A DNA stretch of 64,000 nucleotides, taken from the NCBI RefSeq assembly GCF_002854065.1, contig NZ_CP024147.1, one strand, 5' to 3'. The stretch is from Escherichia coli. Its GTDB lineage: Bacteria; Pseudomonadota; Gammaproteobacteria; Enterobacterales; Enterobacteriaceae. This document shows positions 42,525 through 54,082 of the stretch, piece by piece. The notes beneath the pieces were generated by a model. That model saw only the letters and a program-made list of their open reading frames with translations. It did not search any database and had not been told where the DNA came from. Position 1 is the first letter of the stretch; each line of letters starts with the position of its first letter. Both the position numbers and the translations under genes were made by a program.

Positions 42525-42957
42525 TTTCTTACTCCTTTCACCCAAAAAAAGCGCACAACGACACACGCGTGTCTGACGTGACAAGGATAGTCCAGGACAG
42601 GCTTGCAGGATACCCTTTCTACGTAATCTTCCTGGTAAAATCATGGAGAAAATGAAACAAGGTTAATTTGTTGTTTCATTGTTAAAAAATGATATTGCCG
42701 TTGCCTTTTTTGTAGCCAGAGATTTACGCCTTCGCAGAAGGTTAGATTTTCGAAATCTTTACAAACCAGGAGTGGTAAGAGATATATCGGCATTTATCAG
42801 ATCGTTAGGTGGCTATAAGTCACGCTAAATGACTGGCTGAATCGAATCATAGCCAGAGCATGCCCTGACTTCACCCCGCTGTGTCTGCTTTTCCCGACTA
42901 TTCTTAATGAGCTTCGATGCAATTCACGATCCCGCAGTGTGATTTGAGGAGTTTTCA

Positions 42958-43248
42958 ATGGAATATAAAGATCCAATGCATGAGCTGTTGAGCAGCCTGG
43001 AACAGATTGTTTTTAAAGATGAAACGCAGAAAATTACCCTGACGCACAGAACAACGTCCTGTACCGAAATTGAGCAGTTACGAAAAGGGACAGGATTAAA
43101 AATCGATGATTTCGCCCGGGTTTTGGGCGTATCAGTCGCCATGGTAAAGGAATGGGAATCCAGACGCGTGAAGCCTTCAAGTGCCGAACTAAAATTGATG
43201 CGTTTGATTCAAGCCAACCCGGCATTAAGTAAGCAGTTGATGGAATAG
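42958..43248 (+). CDS. yiaG: Xre-family HTH transcriptional regulator YiaG
   Basis: 96-aa ORF with HTH segment TGLKIDDFARVLGVSVAMVKEWESRR. Confidence 0.85.
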   Translation: MEYKDPMHELLSSLEQIVFKDETQKITLTHRTTSCTEIEQLRKGTGLKIDDFARVLGVSVAMVKEWESRRVKPSSAELKLMRLIQANPALSKQLME

Positions 43249-43369
43249 ACTTTTATCCACTTTATTGCTGTTTACGGTCCTGATGACAGGACCGTTTTCC
43301 AACCGATTAATCATAAATATGAAAAATAATTGTTGCATCACCCGCCAATGCGTGGCTTAATGCACATCA

Positions 43370-43528
43370 ACGGTTTGACGTACAGACCATTAAAGCAGTG
43401 TAGTAAGGCAAGTCCCTTCAAGAGTTATCGTTGATACCCCTCGTAGTGCACATTCCTTTAACGCTTCAAAATCTGTAAAGCACGCCATATCGCCGAAAGG
43501 CACACTTAATTATTAAAGGTAATACACT
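43370..43528 (+). promoter_or_regulatory. cspA promoter and long 5' UTR (cold-shock regulatory leader)
   Basis: About 160 bp of leader upstream of the cspA ATG with RBS aggtaat; assignment by homology to the known cspA leader, boundaries approximate. Confidence 0.5.
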
Positions 43529-43741
43529 ATGTCCGGTAAAATGACTGGTATCGTAAAATGGTTCAACGCTGACAAAGGCTTCGGCTTCATCACTCCTGAC
43601 GATGGCTCTAAAGACGTGTTCGTACACTTCTCTGCTATCCAGAACGATGGTTACAAATCTCTGGACGAAGGTCAGAAAGTGTCCTTCACCATCGAAAGCG
43701 GCGCTAAAGGCCCGGCAGCTGGTAACGTAACCAGCCTGTAA
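43529..43741 (+). CDS. cspA: Major cold-shock protein CspA
   Basis: 70-aa [73 protein letters not shown] with RNP1/RNP2 motifs. Confidence 0.95.
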
Positions 43742-43768
43742 TCTCTGCTTAAAAGCACAGAATCTAAG

Positions 43769-43800
43769 ATCCCTGCCATTTGGCGGGGATTTTTTTATTT
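43769..43800 (+). terminator. Rho-independent terminator of cspA
   Basis: atccctgcc-attt-ggcggggat hairpin followed by tttttttattt. Confidence 0.7.
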
Positions 43801-43927
43801 GTTTTTCAGGAAATAAATAATCGATCGCGTAATAAAATCTAGTATTATTTTTGTGAAAAATAAATTTGGGTGCAATGAGAATGCGCAACGCCGTAAGAAA
43901 GGCGGGAATAACTTCCCGCCGAAGACT

Positions 43928-44066
43928 CTTACTCTTTCAAATTGCAGGCTAAAAATGCCGCCAGCTCATAACCCCCCTGTTTAATATGCAATTCACACAG
44001 TGAATCTCTTATCATCCAGGTGAAAAATAAAAGCGTGAAACAAATGGGTGCAGTACACTTTTTGAT
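43928..44066 (-). pseudogene. hokA: hokA-like Hok-family type I toxin remnant, 5'-truncated (no start codon, N-terminal residues replaced)
   Basis: Minus frame reads (stop)IKKCTAPICFTLLFFTWMIRDSLCELHIKQGGYELAAFLACNLKE(stop). The last 37 residues match recalled HokA; the first 13 (MPQKYRLLSLIV...) are missing and no ATG/GTG/TTG precedes the conserved part in frame. Confidence 0.5.
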
Positions 44067-44264
44067 TTATAGTCAGGTGGGACTTTTCTCTGTCTGCCTT
44101 TCGGTGAATACCTGAGACAAACAGTCTCAAGCACCCGTGGCTATTCTAGCTTAATAAGTTTGTTTCTTCTCCTTGATATAATCCTAAAAAATCTCATAAA
44201 ATTAATATATGAGATAATCTTTATTCAGCAGAAGATTATTAAAGGTTGCTGTATTATTTAGCGA

Positions 44265-44296
44265 TAAAAAAAGCCTGCCAGATGGCAGGCTTTTTA
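44265..44296 (-). terminator. Bidirectional Rho-independent terminator downstream of glyS
   Basis: aaaaaa-gcctgcca-gat-ggcaggc-ttttt, 13 bp 3' of the glyS stop. Confidence 0.6.
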
Positions 44297-44308
44297 ATAA
44301 CGGCGTTA

Positions 44309-46378
44309 TTACTGCAACAGCGAAATATCCGCAACGCGCAGGAACAGTTCGCGCAGTTTCTCCAGCATGGTCAGACGGTTGATACGCAATTCTTTGTCAT
44401 CAACCATGACCATCACTTTATCGAAGAAGGCATCGACCGGTTCACGCAGCTCTGCCAGTTCGACCAGCGCATCCTGGTAACGACCTTCCGCAAAGTACGG
44501 CTCCAGCTTGTCACGTAGCACCACAACCTGCATCGCCAGTTTAATTTCTTCCGGCTCTTTCAGAGTAGAGGCATTCACGCGATCGCTCAGCACTTCGTCA
44601 GATTTCGCCAGGATGTTAGATACACGTTTGTTCGCCGCCGCCAGTGCTGCAGCTGCTTCCAGGGTACGGAAGTGCGATACCGCTTTCATGCGGGCATCGA
44701 AATCAGCCGGACGAGTCGGACGACGCGCCAGTACCGCCTGGATGGTGTCAACGGTATAACCTTCGTCCTGATACCAGGCGCGGAAGCGACCGAGCATAAA
44801 GTCGATAACATCATCAACTACGTTGGCATTAGTCAGCTTATCGCCATACAGACGCACCGCTTCTTCGGTCAGCGTTTGCAGATCAAGGTTGAGGTTCTTC
44901 TCAACGATAATTCGCAGCACGCCAAGTGCGGCACGACGCAGCGCAAACGGGTCTTTGTCGCCTTTCGGATGCTGACCGATACCGAAGATACCCGCCAGAG
45001 TATCCATCTTATCAGCAATCGCCAGCGCACAAGCTACCGGGTTGGACGGCAGGTCATCACCGGCAAAGCGCGGCTGATACTGCTCATTCAGCGCGACGGC
45101 TACGTCTTCCGCTTCGCCATCGTGACGCGCGTAGTGCATCCCCATAACGCCTTGGGTGTCGGTGAACTCGAAGACCATGTTGGTCATCAGGTCACACTTA
45201 GACAGCAGGCCCGCACGGGTTGCGTGGTTAACGTCAGCGCCAATCTGTTCGGCGATCCAGCCAGCCAGCGCCTGGATGCGGTCAGTTTTGTCACGCAGCG
45301 TACCCAGCTGTTGCTGGAACAGCACGGTTTGCAGACGCGGCAGGTTATCTTCCAGACGTTTTTTACGGTCGGTGTTGAAGAAGAACTCGGCATCAGCCAG
45401 ACGTGGACGAACGACTTTCTCGTTACCAGAGATAATTTGCTGCGGATCTTTCGATTCGATGTTGGCAACGAAGATAAAGTTCGGCAGCAGTTTGCCGTCG
45501 TTCGCATACACCGGGAAGTACTTCTGGTCACCTTTCATGGTGTAAACCAGTGCTTCAGACGGCACCGCGAGGAATTTCTCTTCAAATTTCGCGGTTAGAA
45601 CGACCGGCCACTCCACCAGCGAAGCCACTTCTTCCAGCAGGCTTTCGCTTAAGTCAGCGTTACCGCCAATCTTACGCGCTGCTTCTTCGGCATCGGCTTT
45701 AATCTTCGCCTTACGTTCTTCGTAATCGGCGATGACTTTCCCACGCTCACGCAGAATTTCCGGATACTGATCGGCGTTATCGATGGTGAATTCCGGCTCG
45801 CCCATAAAGCGGTGGCCGCGAATCACGCGATCGGACTGAATGCCCAGAATGGTTGCAGGAATGACTTTGTCGCCCAGCAGCAGGGTCACGGTGTGCACCG
45901 GACGCACGAAGTGCACGTCGCTTGCACCCCAGCGCATCAGTTTCGGAATCGGCAGTTTCGCCAGCGAAGTCGCAACCATATTCGGCAGCAGTGCTTCAGT
46001 GCTTTCGCCCTTCACATGGGCGCGATACAGCAGCCATTCGCCTTTATCGGTAGTCAGACGCTCAGCCTGGTCAACGGTAATACCGCAACCACGCGCCCAA
46101 CCTTCTGCCGCTTTGCTCGGTTTGCCTTCAGCGTCGAACGCCTGGGCAATCGCCGGGCCGCGTTTTTCGATTTCACGATCCGGTTGCGCTTCCGCCAGGT
46201 TAGCTACTTTCAGCGCCAGACGACGCGGAGCAGCAAACCATTGAACGGTGCCGTGTGCGAGGCCAGCGTTATCCAGCTCCGCAGTAAAGTTCGCAGCAAA
46301 GGACTCTGCCAGGCTGCGCAGTGCTTTTGGTGGCAGCTCTTCAGTGCCGATTTCCACCAGAAAAGTTTTCTCAGACAT
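44309..46378 (-). CDS. glyS: Glycine--tRNA ligase beta subunit
   Basis: 689-aa [31 protein letters not shown]...; stop lies 9 bp downstream of the glyQ stop. Confidence 0.95.
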   Translation of the reverse strand: MSEKTFLVEIGTEELPPKALRSLAESFAANFTAELDNAGLAHGTVQWFAAPRRLALKVANLAEAQPDREIEKRGPAIAQAFDAEGKPSKAAEGWARGCGITVDQAERLTTDKGEWLLYRAHVKGESTEALLPNMVATSLAKLPIPKLMRWGASDVHFVRPVHTVTLLLGDKVIPATILGIQSDRVIRGHRFMGEPEFTIDNADQYPEILRERGKVIADYEERKAKIKADAEEAARKIGGNADLSESLLEEVASLVEWPVVLTAKFEEKFLAVPSEALVYTMKGDQKYFPVYANDGKLLPNFIFVANIESKDPQQIISGNEKVVRPRLADAEFFFNTDRKKRLEDNLPRLQTVLFQQQLGTLRDKTDRIQALAGWIAEQIGADVNHATRAGLLSKCDLMTNMVFEFTDTQGVMGMHYARHDGEAEDVAVALNEQYQPRFAGDDLPSNPVACALAIADKMDTLAGIFGIGQHPKGDKDPFALRRAALGVLRIIVEKNLNLDLQTLTEEAVRLYGDKLTNANVVDDVIDFMLGRFRAWYQDEGYTVDTIQAVLARRPTRPADFDARMKAVSHFRTLEAAAALAAANKRVSNILAKSDEVLSDRVNASTLKEPEEIKLAMQVVVLRDKLEPYFAEGRYQDALVELAELREPVDAFFDKVMVMVDDKELRINRLTMLEKLRELFLRVADISLLQ

Positions 46379-46387
46379 AGCCGCCTC

Positions 46388-47299
46388 TTACTTATCTTTG
46401 TTGCACATCGGGAAGCCGAGGGCTTCACGGGAAGCGTAATATGCTTCTGCCACTGCTTTGGTCAGGGTGCGAATGCGCAGAATGTAGCGCTGACGCTCGG
46501 TGACGGAGATGGCTTTACGCGCATCCAGCAGGTTGAAGCTGTGGGCGGCTTTCAGAATACGCTCGTAAGCTGGCAGCGGCAGCGGATTTTCCAGCGCCAG
46601 CAGCTGCTGCGCTTCTTTCTCGTACTGCTCAAAGCAGGTGAACAGGAAGTCCACGTCCGCGTATTCGAAGTTGTAAGTGGACTGCTCCACTTCGTTCTGA
46701 TGGAACACGTCGCCGTAGGTGGTTTTACCCAGCGGGCCGTCGCTCCAGACCAGGTCGTAAACGCTGTCTACGCCCTGAATGTACATGGCCAGACGTTCCA
46801 GACCGTAGGTGATCTCGCCGGTAACCGGTTTACACTCCAGACCACCAACCTGCTGGAAGTAAGTGAACTGCGTCACTTCCATGCCGTTTAGCCACACTTC
46901 CCAGCCCAGTCCCCAGGCACCCAGCGTCGGGTTTTCCCAGTTATCTTCCACGAAACGGATATCGTGGATAGTCGGGTCCATGCCCAGCTCTTTCAGAGAA
47001 CCAAGGTACAGCTCCTGAATATTGTCCGGCGATGGCTTAATGACCACCTGGAACTGATAGTAGTGCTGTAAACGGTTGGGGTTTTCGCCGTAGCGACCAT
47101 CGGTCGGGCGACGAGAAGGCTGAACATAAGCAGCCGCCATCGGTTCTGGCCCCAGCGCGCGCAGACAGGTCATTGGGTGAGAGGTTCCCGCGCCGACTTC
47201 CATGTCCAATGGTTGAACAATGGTGCAGCCCTGGCGAGCCCAGTAATCCTGTAAGGTCAGGATCAAGCCCTGGAAGGTCCTGGTATCAAACTTTTGCAT
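46388..47299 (-). CDS. glyQ: Glycine--tRNA ligase alpha subunit
   Basis: 303-aa [45 protein letters not shown].... Confidence 0.95.
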
Positions 47300-47393
47300 A
47301 TTATTTCGTGCTGGATACGTGTGGATTTAAAGGAAGGGATCAGTATACCCGCTGGATGGAAGATATACAGTATGAAACGGGAAAAAGCAGGGC

Positions 47394-47693
47394 TTAACGC
47401 ATGGAAAGATGCAAAAAATGGCCATCTGCGTCAAAAGAACAGACAAACTGCTCTTTACGGAAGGTATAACCGCGCATTTCATAGCTTCCCTGGAACTGTT
47501 CGAAGGCGGTGACGTCGATTTTTTGCTCGCCGGTGTTATAACGTTTTGCCGCCTGATCCTTGCATAACGCTTCCATATTCAACGAACGCAGAGGATCAAC
47601 CTTTACCCGTTGTGCTTTCTGCACGGGTGACGGTGTAGAACAACCCACTAGCACCATAAGCGCCATTGCCGGAAAGAAAGCGTTCATCATCAT
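47394..47693 (-). CDS. ysaB: Lipoprotein YsaB
   Basis: 99-aa ORF with signal peptide and lipobox (MALMVLVGCSTPSP). Confidence 0.8.
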   Translation of the reverse strand: MMMNAFFPAMALMVLVGCSTPSPVQKAQRVKVDPLRSLNMEALCKDQAAKRYNTGEQKIDVTAFEQFQGSYEMRGYTFRKEQFVCSFDADGHFLHLSMR

Positions 47694-47867
47694 TAAATTA
47701 CCGTCTGGTTTGCAGGTGAGTCTTATTATTTATATCGGTATAGTGGCTGATATCTTACGAATTTCCTTAAGCCTCTATAAGCTGTAGTGTTAAAACTCAG
47801 ATTATTCCAGTGCGCCAACTGAATGATTTATCGGTCAGACTTTTTTTAACCAGATACAGAGACACAG

Positions 47868-48863
47868 ATGCAGCCCAAAATTTACTGGATTGATAACCTG
47901 CGAGGGATAGCGTGTTTAATGGTGGTGATGATTCACACCACTACCTGGTATGTGACCAATGCTCATAGTGTTAGCCCCGTCACCTGGGATATCGCCAATG
48001 TTCTGAACTCTGCCTCTCGTGTCAGCGTGCCGCTATTTTTCATGATTTCCGGCTATCTCTTTTTTGGCGAACGCAGCGCCCAGCCGCGCCATTTCTTGCG
48101 TATCGGCTTATGTCTGTTTTTTTATAGCGCAATCGCGCTGCTCTACATTGCACTGTTTACCTCCATTAATGTGGAGTTAGCGCTGAAAAACCTGCTGCAA
48201 AAGCCAGTGTTTTACCACTTATGGTTTTTCTTCGCGATTGCGGTGATTTATCTGGTTTCACCGCTGATTCAGGTGAAGAACGTCGGCGGAAAAATGTTGC
48301 TGGTGCTAATGGTGGTGATTGGTATCATCGCTAACCCAAACACCGTGCCGCAGAAAATCGACGGTTTTGAATGGCTGCCAATTAACTTATATATCAATGG
48401 CGATACTTTTTACTACATTCTGTATGGCATGTTGGGCCGCGCTTTAGGGATGATGGACACACAGCATAAAGCACTGTCGTGGGTGAGCGCCGCACTGTTT
48501 GCGACGGGAGTTTTTATTATCTCTCGCGGGACATTATATGAATTGCAGTGGCGCGGAAATTTTGCCGATACCTGGTATCTTTACTGTGGGCCGATGGTTT
48601 TTATCTGCGCAATCGCGCTATTGACTCTGGTTAAAAACACGCTGGATACGCGTACCATTCGCGGACTTGGCTTAATCTCCCGCCATTCGTTGGGTATATA
48701 CGGATTCCACGCCTTGATTATCCATGCGCTGCGCACCCGGGGAATTGAGCTTAAAAATTGGCCAATACTGGATATTATTTGGATTTTTTGCGCGACGTTG
48801 GCAGCGAGTTTGTTACTTTCTATGCTGGTACAACGAATCGACAGAAACAGATTAGTGAGTTAA
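47868..48863 (+). CDS. wecH: O-acetyltransferase WecH (acyltransferase-3 family membrane protein)
   Basis: 331-aa polytopic [28 protein letters not shown].... Confidence 0.85.
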   Translation: MQPKIYWIDNLRGIACLMVVMIHTTTWYVTNAHSVSPVTWDIANVLNSASRVSVPLFFMISGYLFFGERSAQPRHFLRIGLCLFFYSAIALLYIALFTSINVELALKNLLQKPVFYHLWFFFAIAVIYLVSPLIQVKNVGGKMLLVLMVVIGIIANPNTVPQKIDGFEWLPINLYINGDTFYYILYGMLGRALGMMDTQHKALSWVSAALFATGVFIISRGTLYELQWRGNFADTWYLYCGPMVFICAIALLTLVKNTLDTRTIRGLGLISRHSLGIYGFHALIIHALRTRGIELKNWPILDIIWIFCATLAASLLLSMLVQRIDRNRLVS

Positions 48864-48866
48864 GTA

Positions 48867-48897
48867 AAAGCCCGGTCACATTGGACTGACCGGGCTT
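48867..48897. terminator. Hairpin between convergent wecH and yiaA (terminator-like, best fit for the minus strand)
   Basis: aagcccggtca-cattggac-tgaccgggctt; a U-run follows on the minus-strand transcript. Confidence 0.5.
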
Positions 48898-49421
48898 ACG
48901 TGAGTTATTCGCTGTATTCTTCCTGGGTAACCTGTGTTTCTTTTGGTGGGTTTATTCCGGCATCACGAATATTTTTCTGCACCGCTACTGCACCAAACAA
49001 GCTTAAGAAGAAAGCCAGTCCATAAAAACCTTTTTCGCTGAGTAATAATGTCGCATTCCACAGACCTACCATCAGTAATGCAACAGAGATAATAAAGACA
49101 GTCAGGCAGGTCATATAATAAATGGAAGTGGTCGGTATGCCTTCATACTTGTCCCGAACAGTCTTTTGATAAGACGCCGCAGAAAACAGTCCTAATACCA
49201 GTACGGCAAAATAATATCCTTTTTCATTTAACTGCATCTCTGCATTCCATAGCCCTAACAGATAGGTAACGATACCACCAACGAGAGCTATCCATGACAC
49301 AATACTAAAGGCCGGTGAATAGGTTGATATTAGACTGGCCCCCTGAATCTCCAGACAACCAATATCACTTAAATAAGTGATAGTCTTAATACTAGTTTTT
49401 AGACTAGTCATTGGAGAACAG

Positions 49422-49787
49422 ATGATTGATGTCTTAGGGCCGGAGAAACGCAGACGGCGTACCACACAGGAAAAGATCGCAATTGTTCAGCAGAGCTTTG
49501 AACCGGGGATGACGGTCTCCCTCGTTGCCCGGCAACATGGTGTAGCAGCCAGCCAGTTATTTCTCTGGCGTAAGCAATACCAGGAAGGAAGTCTTACTGC
49601 TGTCGCCGCCGGAGAACAGGTTGTTCCTGCCTCTGAACTTGCTGCCGCCATGAAGCAGATTAAAGAACTCCAGCGCCTGCTCGGCAAGAAAACGATGGAA
49701 AATGAACTCCTCAAAGAAGCCGTTGAATATGGACGGGCAAAAAAGTGGATAGCGCACGCGCCCTTATTGCCCGGGGATGGGGAGTAA
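49422..49787 (+). CDS. insC: IS2 OrfA (InsC), HTH transposase N-terminal component
   Basis: 121-aa frame from [41 protein letters not shown]...; the track ORF starts 45 nt earlier at an upstream ATG. Confidence 0.9.
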
Positions 49788-50650
49788 GCTTAGTCAGCCG
49801 TTGTCTCCGGGTGTCGCGTGCGCAGTTGCACGTCATTCTCAGACGAACCGATGACTGGATGGATGGCCGCCGCAGTCGTCACACTGATGATACGGATGTG
49901 CTTCTCCGTATACACCATGTTATCGGAGAGCTGCCCACGTATGGTTATCGTCGGGTATGGGCGCTGCTTCGCAGACAGGCAGAACTTGATGGTATGCCTG
50001 CGATCAATGCCAAACGTGTTTACCGGATCATGCGCCAGAATGCGCTGTTGCTTGAGCGAAAACCTGCTGTACCGCCATCGAAACGGGCACATACAGGCAG
50101 AGTGGCCGTGAAAGAAAGCAATCAGCGATGGTGCTCTGACGGGTTCGAGTTCTGCTGTGATAACGGAGAGAGACTGCGTGTCACGTTCGCGCTGGACTGC
50201 TGTGATCGTGAGGCACTGCACTGGGCGGTCACTACCGGCGGCTTCAACAGTGAAACAGTACAGGACGTCATGCTGGGAGCGGTGGAACGCCGCTTCGGCA
50301 ACGATCTTCCGTCGTCTCCAGTGGAGTGGCTGACGGATAATGGTTCATGCTACCGGGCTAATGAAACACGCCAGTTCGCCCGGATGTTGGGACTTGAACC
50401 GAAGAACACGGCGGTGCGGAGTCCGGAGAGTAACGGAATAGCAGAGAGCTTCGTGAAAACGATAAAGCGTGACTACATCAGTATCATGCCCAAACCAGAC
50501 GGGTTAACGGCAGCAAAGAACCTTGCAGAGGCGTTCGAGCATTATAACGAATGGCATCCGCATAGTGCGCTGGGTTATCGCTCGCCACGGGAATATCTGC
50601 GGCAGCGGGCTTGTAATGGGTTAAGTGATAACAGATGTCTGGAAATATAG
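49745..50650 (+). CDS. insD: IS2 OrfB (InsD), DDE integrase-fold transposase component (fused to OrfA by -1 frameshift)
   Basis: 301-aa [26 protein letters not shown]... overlapping the insC 3' end in the -1 frame. Confidence 0.9.
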
Positions 50651-50723
50651 GGGCAAATCCAGATATTTTGTTGTCCATCACAGTATTCCTTTCATTCCTG
50701 AATGTGTAAGAGCTTTATATTGC

Positions 50724-51065
50724 TCATACCGAGCGAAACAAACGCATTTGACCAAACAAGCAGACAAAAAAGGCGATGGGGTAGATCACCATTTCATAAG
50801 CATTGATAGGTGCATTTAAAACACCGATAAACAAGAGACCGATAGTGATTAACGCAACTAACTGGCAAATATGGGTAAAAAAATTATCCAGTTGCCCGCG
50901 TTTTTCTGCGCGAAGATATGCATAGTTGCCAAAAGTTGCTGTCATTAACACGCCAAGAAAATAGCCTTTTCCACTCAACAATGGGCATGAGATCCATAGC
51001 CCAACCAGATAAACCAGCGCCCCGACAACAAATAATAGTTTTGCCACAGTTTTTGAGGTTTTCAT
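50724..51065 (-). CDS. yiaB: Inner-membrane protein YiaB (paralog of YiaA)
   Basis: ORF 50724..51107; start trimmed to MKTSKTVAKLLFVVGALVYLVGLWISCPLL (113 aa); same two-helix-hairpin pattern as the yiaA product. Confidence 0.8.
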   Translation of the reverse strand: MKTSKTVAKLLFVVGALVYLVGLWISCPLLSGKGYFLGVLMTATFGNYAYLRAEKRGQLDNFFTHICQLVALITIGLLFIGVLNAPINAYEMVIYPIAFFVCLFGQMRLFRSV

Positions 51066-51233
51066 AACGATCTCCATATCTACCAGCGATACATTACGAG
51101 TAACCAACGAAAGACAAAACTGAAAAATGCCATTAACAAATGATTTTCAGAATAAATTCATACTAAATATTAATTAATTACTGAGATATATAGATGTGAA
51201 TTATCCCCCACCCGGTCAGGCAGGGGATAACGT

Positions 51234-52688
51234 TTACGCCATTAATGGCAGAAGTTGCTGATAGAGGCGACGGAACGTTTCTCGTCGTGGCTGATAAGCG
51301 GCATAACGCTGCGCATCTGGTAGATGCGACTGTTCTAACGGTAGCTGCGGCAACAACTCAATGAGCGATTTCTCTGGATTCGCCGCAATCTGCGCCAGCC
51401 TTGCTGCGCCCAGTGCTGGCCCCACATCCCCCCCCGTACGGTAATCGAGCTGCTGACCGCTGATATCCGCCAGCATCTGACGCCAGTACTCACTACGCGC
51501 CCCGCCACCAATCAACGTAACACTTTGCGGTTTAATGCCGCAGGCATGCACGACATCCATGCCATCTGCCAGCGCATAACCCACGCCTTCCAGCACTGCT
51601 CGCGCCAGTTCATTGGGGCCATGTTGATGAGTCAAACCAAAGAAAACCCCCTTCGCCTGGGGATTATTGTGTGGCGTACGCTCGCCGGAAAGATAAGGCA
51701 GAAACCAAACTGGCTCGGCACTTTCATCAGCCTGTTGAGCTGCAGCGATTAAAGCTGGGACATTGCTCAGGCCGGTTAATTTCGCGGCCCAATCCAGACA
51801 TGACGCTGCACTCAGCATTACAGACATTAAATGCCAACGCTGCGGTAGCGCATGGCAAAAGCTGTGTACGGCGCTTTCTGGCTTGCTTAAAAACCCTTCG
51901 CTGACAGCAAAATAGACCCCCGACGTCCCCAGCGATAACATTGCCTGATTAGCATCAACCATTCCCACACCAACCGCACCAGCTGCATTGTCGCCACCGC
52001 CTGCGATAACTGGCACCGCCGCCATACCCCACGCTTTCGCAATTTCAGGTAACAAAGCACCAGTAATTTCGCTGCCTTCGTATAATGCGGGCATCTGGTC
52101 ACGAGATAAGTCGCAAGCCTGCAGCATGACGTCACTCCAGTCACGCTTTGCGACATCCAGCCACATGGTGCCAGCTGCGTCAGACATATCGCTGGCAAAC
52201 TCCCCCGTCATACGCAGACGCAAGTAATCTTTCGGTAATAATACTTTGTCGATTTGACGGAATATCTCCGGCTCATGCCGCTGGATCCATAGCAATTTAG
52301 GCGCAGTAAATCCGGGCATCATCAGATTGCCGGTAATCACTCGTGATTGCGGAACTCTCGCTTCCAGCAAAGTGCACTCTTGCGCACAGCGCCCGTCGTT
52401 CCACAAAATGGCAGGGCGCAATACCCGTTGTTGAGCATCCAGTAAGGTTGCTCCATGCATCTGGCCGGCAATACCCAATGCTTTAACGTCCTGCAGAGAA
52501 TGCTGATCGCCCAGAGCTTTCATTGCGCGATCAGTTGCCTGCCACCACTGTTCCGGGTCTTGTTCCGACCAGAGTGGATGCGGGCGCGAAACGGTCAGCT
52601 TTTCCGTTTGCGAAGCAACCACCTCACCCTGCTCGTTAAGCAAAATAACTTTTACGCCCGAGGTGCCAAGATCTATCCCGATATACAT
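51234..52688 (-). CDS. xylB: Xylulokinase
   Basis: 484-aa ORF MYIGIDLGTSGVKVILLNEQGEVVASQTEKL... (FGGY kinase family). Confidence 0.95.
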   Translation of the reverse strand: MYIGIDLGTSGVKVILLNEQGEVVASQTEKLTVSRPHPLWSEQDPEQWWQATDRAMKALGDQHSLQDVKALGIAGQMHGATLLDAQQRVLRPAILWNDGRCAQECTLLEARVPQSRVITGNLMMPGFTAPKLLWIQRHEPEIFRQIDKVLLPKDYLRLRMTGEFASDMSDAAGTMWLDVAKRDWSDVMLQACDLSRDQMPALYEGSEITGALLPEIAKAWGMAAVPVIAGGGDNAAGAVGVGMVDANQAMLSLGTSGVYFAVSEGFLSKPESAVHSFCHALPQRWHLMSVMLSAASCLDWAAKLTGLSNVPALIAAAQQADESAEPVWFLPYLSGERTPHNNPQAKGVFFGLTHQHGPNELARAVLEGVGYALADGMDVVHACGIKPQSVTLIGGGARSEYWRQMLADISGQQLDYRTGGDVGPALGAARLAQIAANPEKSLIELLPQLPLEQSHLPDAQRYAAYQPRRETFRRLYQQLLPLMA

Positions 52689-52759
52689 ATCGATCGTTCC
52701 TTAAAAAAATGCCCGGTATCGCTACCGATAACCGGGCCAACGGACTGCACAGTTAGCCG

Positions 52760-54082
52760 TTATTTGTCGAACAGATAATGATTTACCAGATTTTCCAGTT
52801 GCTCCTGGCGACCACTCTGATGCACCGGAGACAAATTATGTTCCTGAGCATATTTGGCTAAATCTGCCAGTGACATTTGGCCTTTCAGGATTTGCTGGCC
52901 TAATTCGCTATTCCAGCCGGAATAACGCTGCGCGATGCGTTTATCCAGCTCGCCATCTTCAATCATGCGCGCTGCAATTTTCAGCGCCAGTGCCATCGTA
53001 TCCATCGCGCCGATATGACCGTAAAACAGATCATATTTATCAGTACTTTGACGACGTACTTTGGCATCGAAGTTCAGACCGCCGGTGGTGAAACCGCCTG
53101 CTTTGAGAATTTCATACATTACCAGCGCATTCTCTTCCACACTGTTCGGGAACTGATCGGTGTCCCAGCCCAGTTGAGCATCGCCACGGTTCGCGTCGAC
53201 AGAACCAAACAGGCCAAGCGCAATGGCGGTGGCAATTTCATGATGGAAAGAGTGACCTGCCAGCGTCGCGTGGTTAGCTTCAATGTTCAGTTTAATCTCT
53301 TTTTCCAGACCAAACTGTTTCAGGAAGCCATAGACTGTCGCAGCATCGTAATCATATTGATGTTTAGTCGGTTCTTGCGGTTTCGGTTCGATAAGCAACG
53401 TGCCCTGGAAGCCGATTTTATGTTTATGCTCAACCACCATTTGCATAAAGCGGCCCAGTTGTTCACGCTCCTGACGCAAATCGGTATTTAACAGCGTTTC
53501 GTAACCTTCACGACCGCCCCACAGGACATAGTTTTCACCACCCAATTTATGGGTTGCTTCCATCGCTGTAACAACTTGCGTTGCCGCCCAGCTGAAGACT
53601 TCTGGATCTGGGTTCGTCGCCGCACCCGCGCCATAGCGAGGGTTTGTAAAGCAGTTAGCGGTTCCCCACAGCAGCTTCACGCCGCTCTCTTCTTGCTTGC
53701 CTGCCAGGACATCAACCATTTGCGCAAAATTATTGATGTACTCTTTTAACGACGCGCCCTCAGGGGAAACATCCACATCGTGGAAGCAATAAAATGGCAC
53801 ATGTAACTTGTGGAAAAACTCAAATGCGACATCTGCTTTACGCTTCGCCAACGCCAGTGCCTCACCAGGCTGCTGCCACGGACGATTAAACGCCCCCACA
53901 CCAAACATATCCGCCCCGTTCCAGCAGAAGGTGTGCCAGTAGCAGGCGGCAAATCGCAAGTGCTCTTCCATACGCTTGCCCAACACCAGTTCGTCGGGAT
54001 TGTAGTGACGGAATGCTAACGGGTTTGAGGATTTTGAGCCTTCATAACGAACGCGATCGAGCTGGTCAAAATAGGCTTGCAT
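52760..54082 (-). CDS. xylA: Xylose isomerase
   Basis: ORF 52760..54094; start trimmed to [28 protein letters not shown] (440 aa). Confidence 0.95.

Larger units (their letters stand above)
49331..50661 (+). mobile_element. IS2 (IS3 family, 1331 bp) flanked by 5-bp target duplication GATAT
   Basis: Left end TAGACTGGCCCCCTGAATCTCCAGACAACC, right end ...GGAAATATAGGGGCAAATCCA; insC and insD frames intact; gatat at 49326-49330 and 50662-50666. Confidence 0.95.
48905..50678 (-). pseudogene. yiaA: yiaA inner-membrane protein gene interrupted after codon 6 by IS2
   Basis: 5' piece at 50662-50678 encodes MDNKI(S); 3' piece at 48905-49330 encodes (S)[17 protein letters not shown]...QEEYSE; joined across the IS they give the recalled 145-aa YiaA. 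Confidence 0.8.

Noticed and set aside
43742-44308. Expected IS150 (insJ/insK) at the cspA-hokA-glyS locus
   Set aside because: Looked for because K-12 carries IS150 here; no transposase ORFs or full element are present, only a 16-nt terminus-like motif (reported as a finding). The only IS3-family element in the window is IS2, in yiaA.
44672-46891. Long plus-strand ORFs (44672..45598 at 308 aa and 45812..46891 at 359 aa) across glyS/glyQ
   Set aside because: Both are antisense to the highly conserved glycyl-tRNA synthetase subunits; shadow ORFs.
53015-53491. 158-aa plus-strand ORF inside xylA
   Set aside because: Antisense to xylose isomerase; no support.
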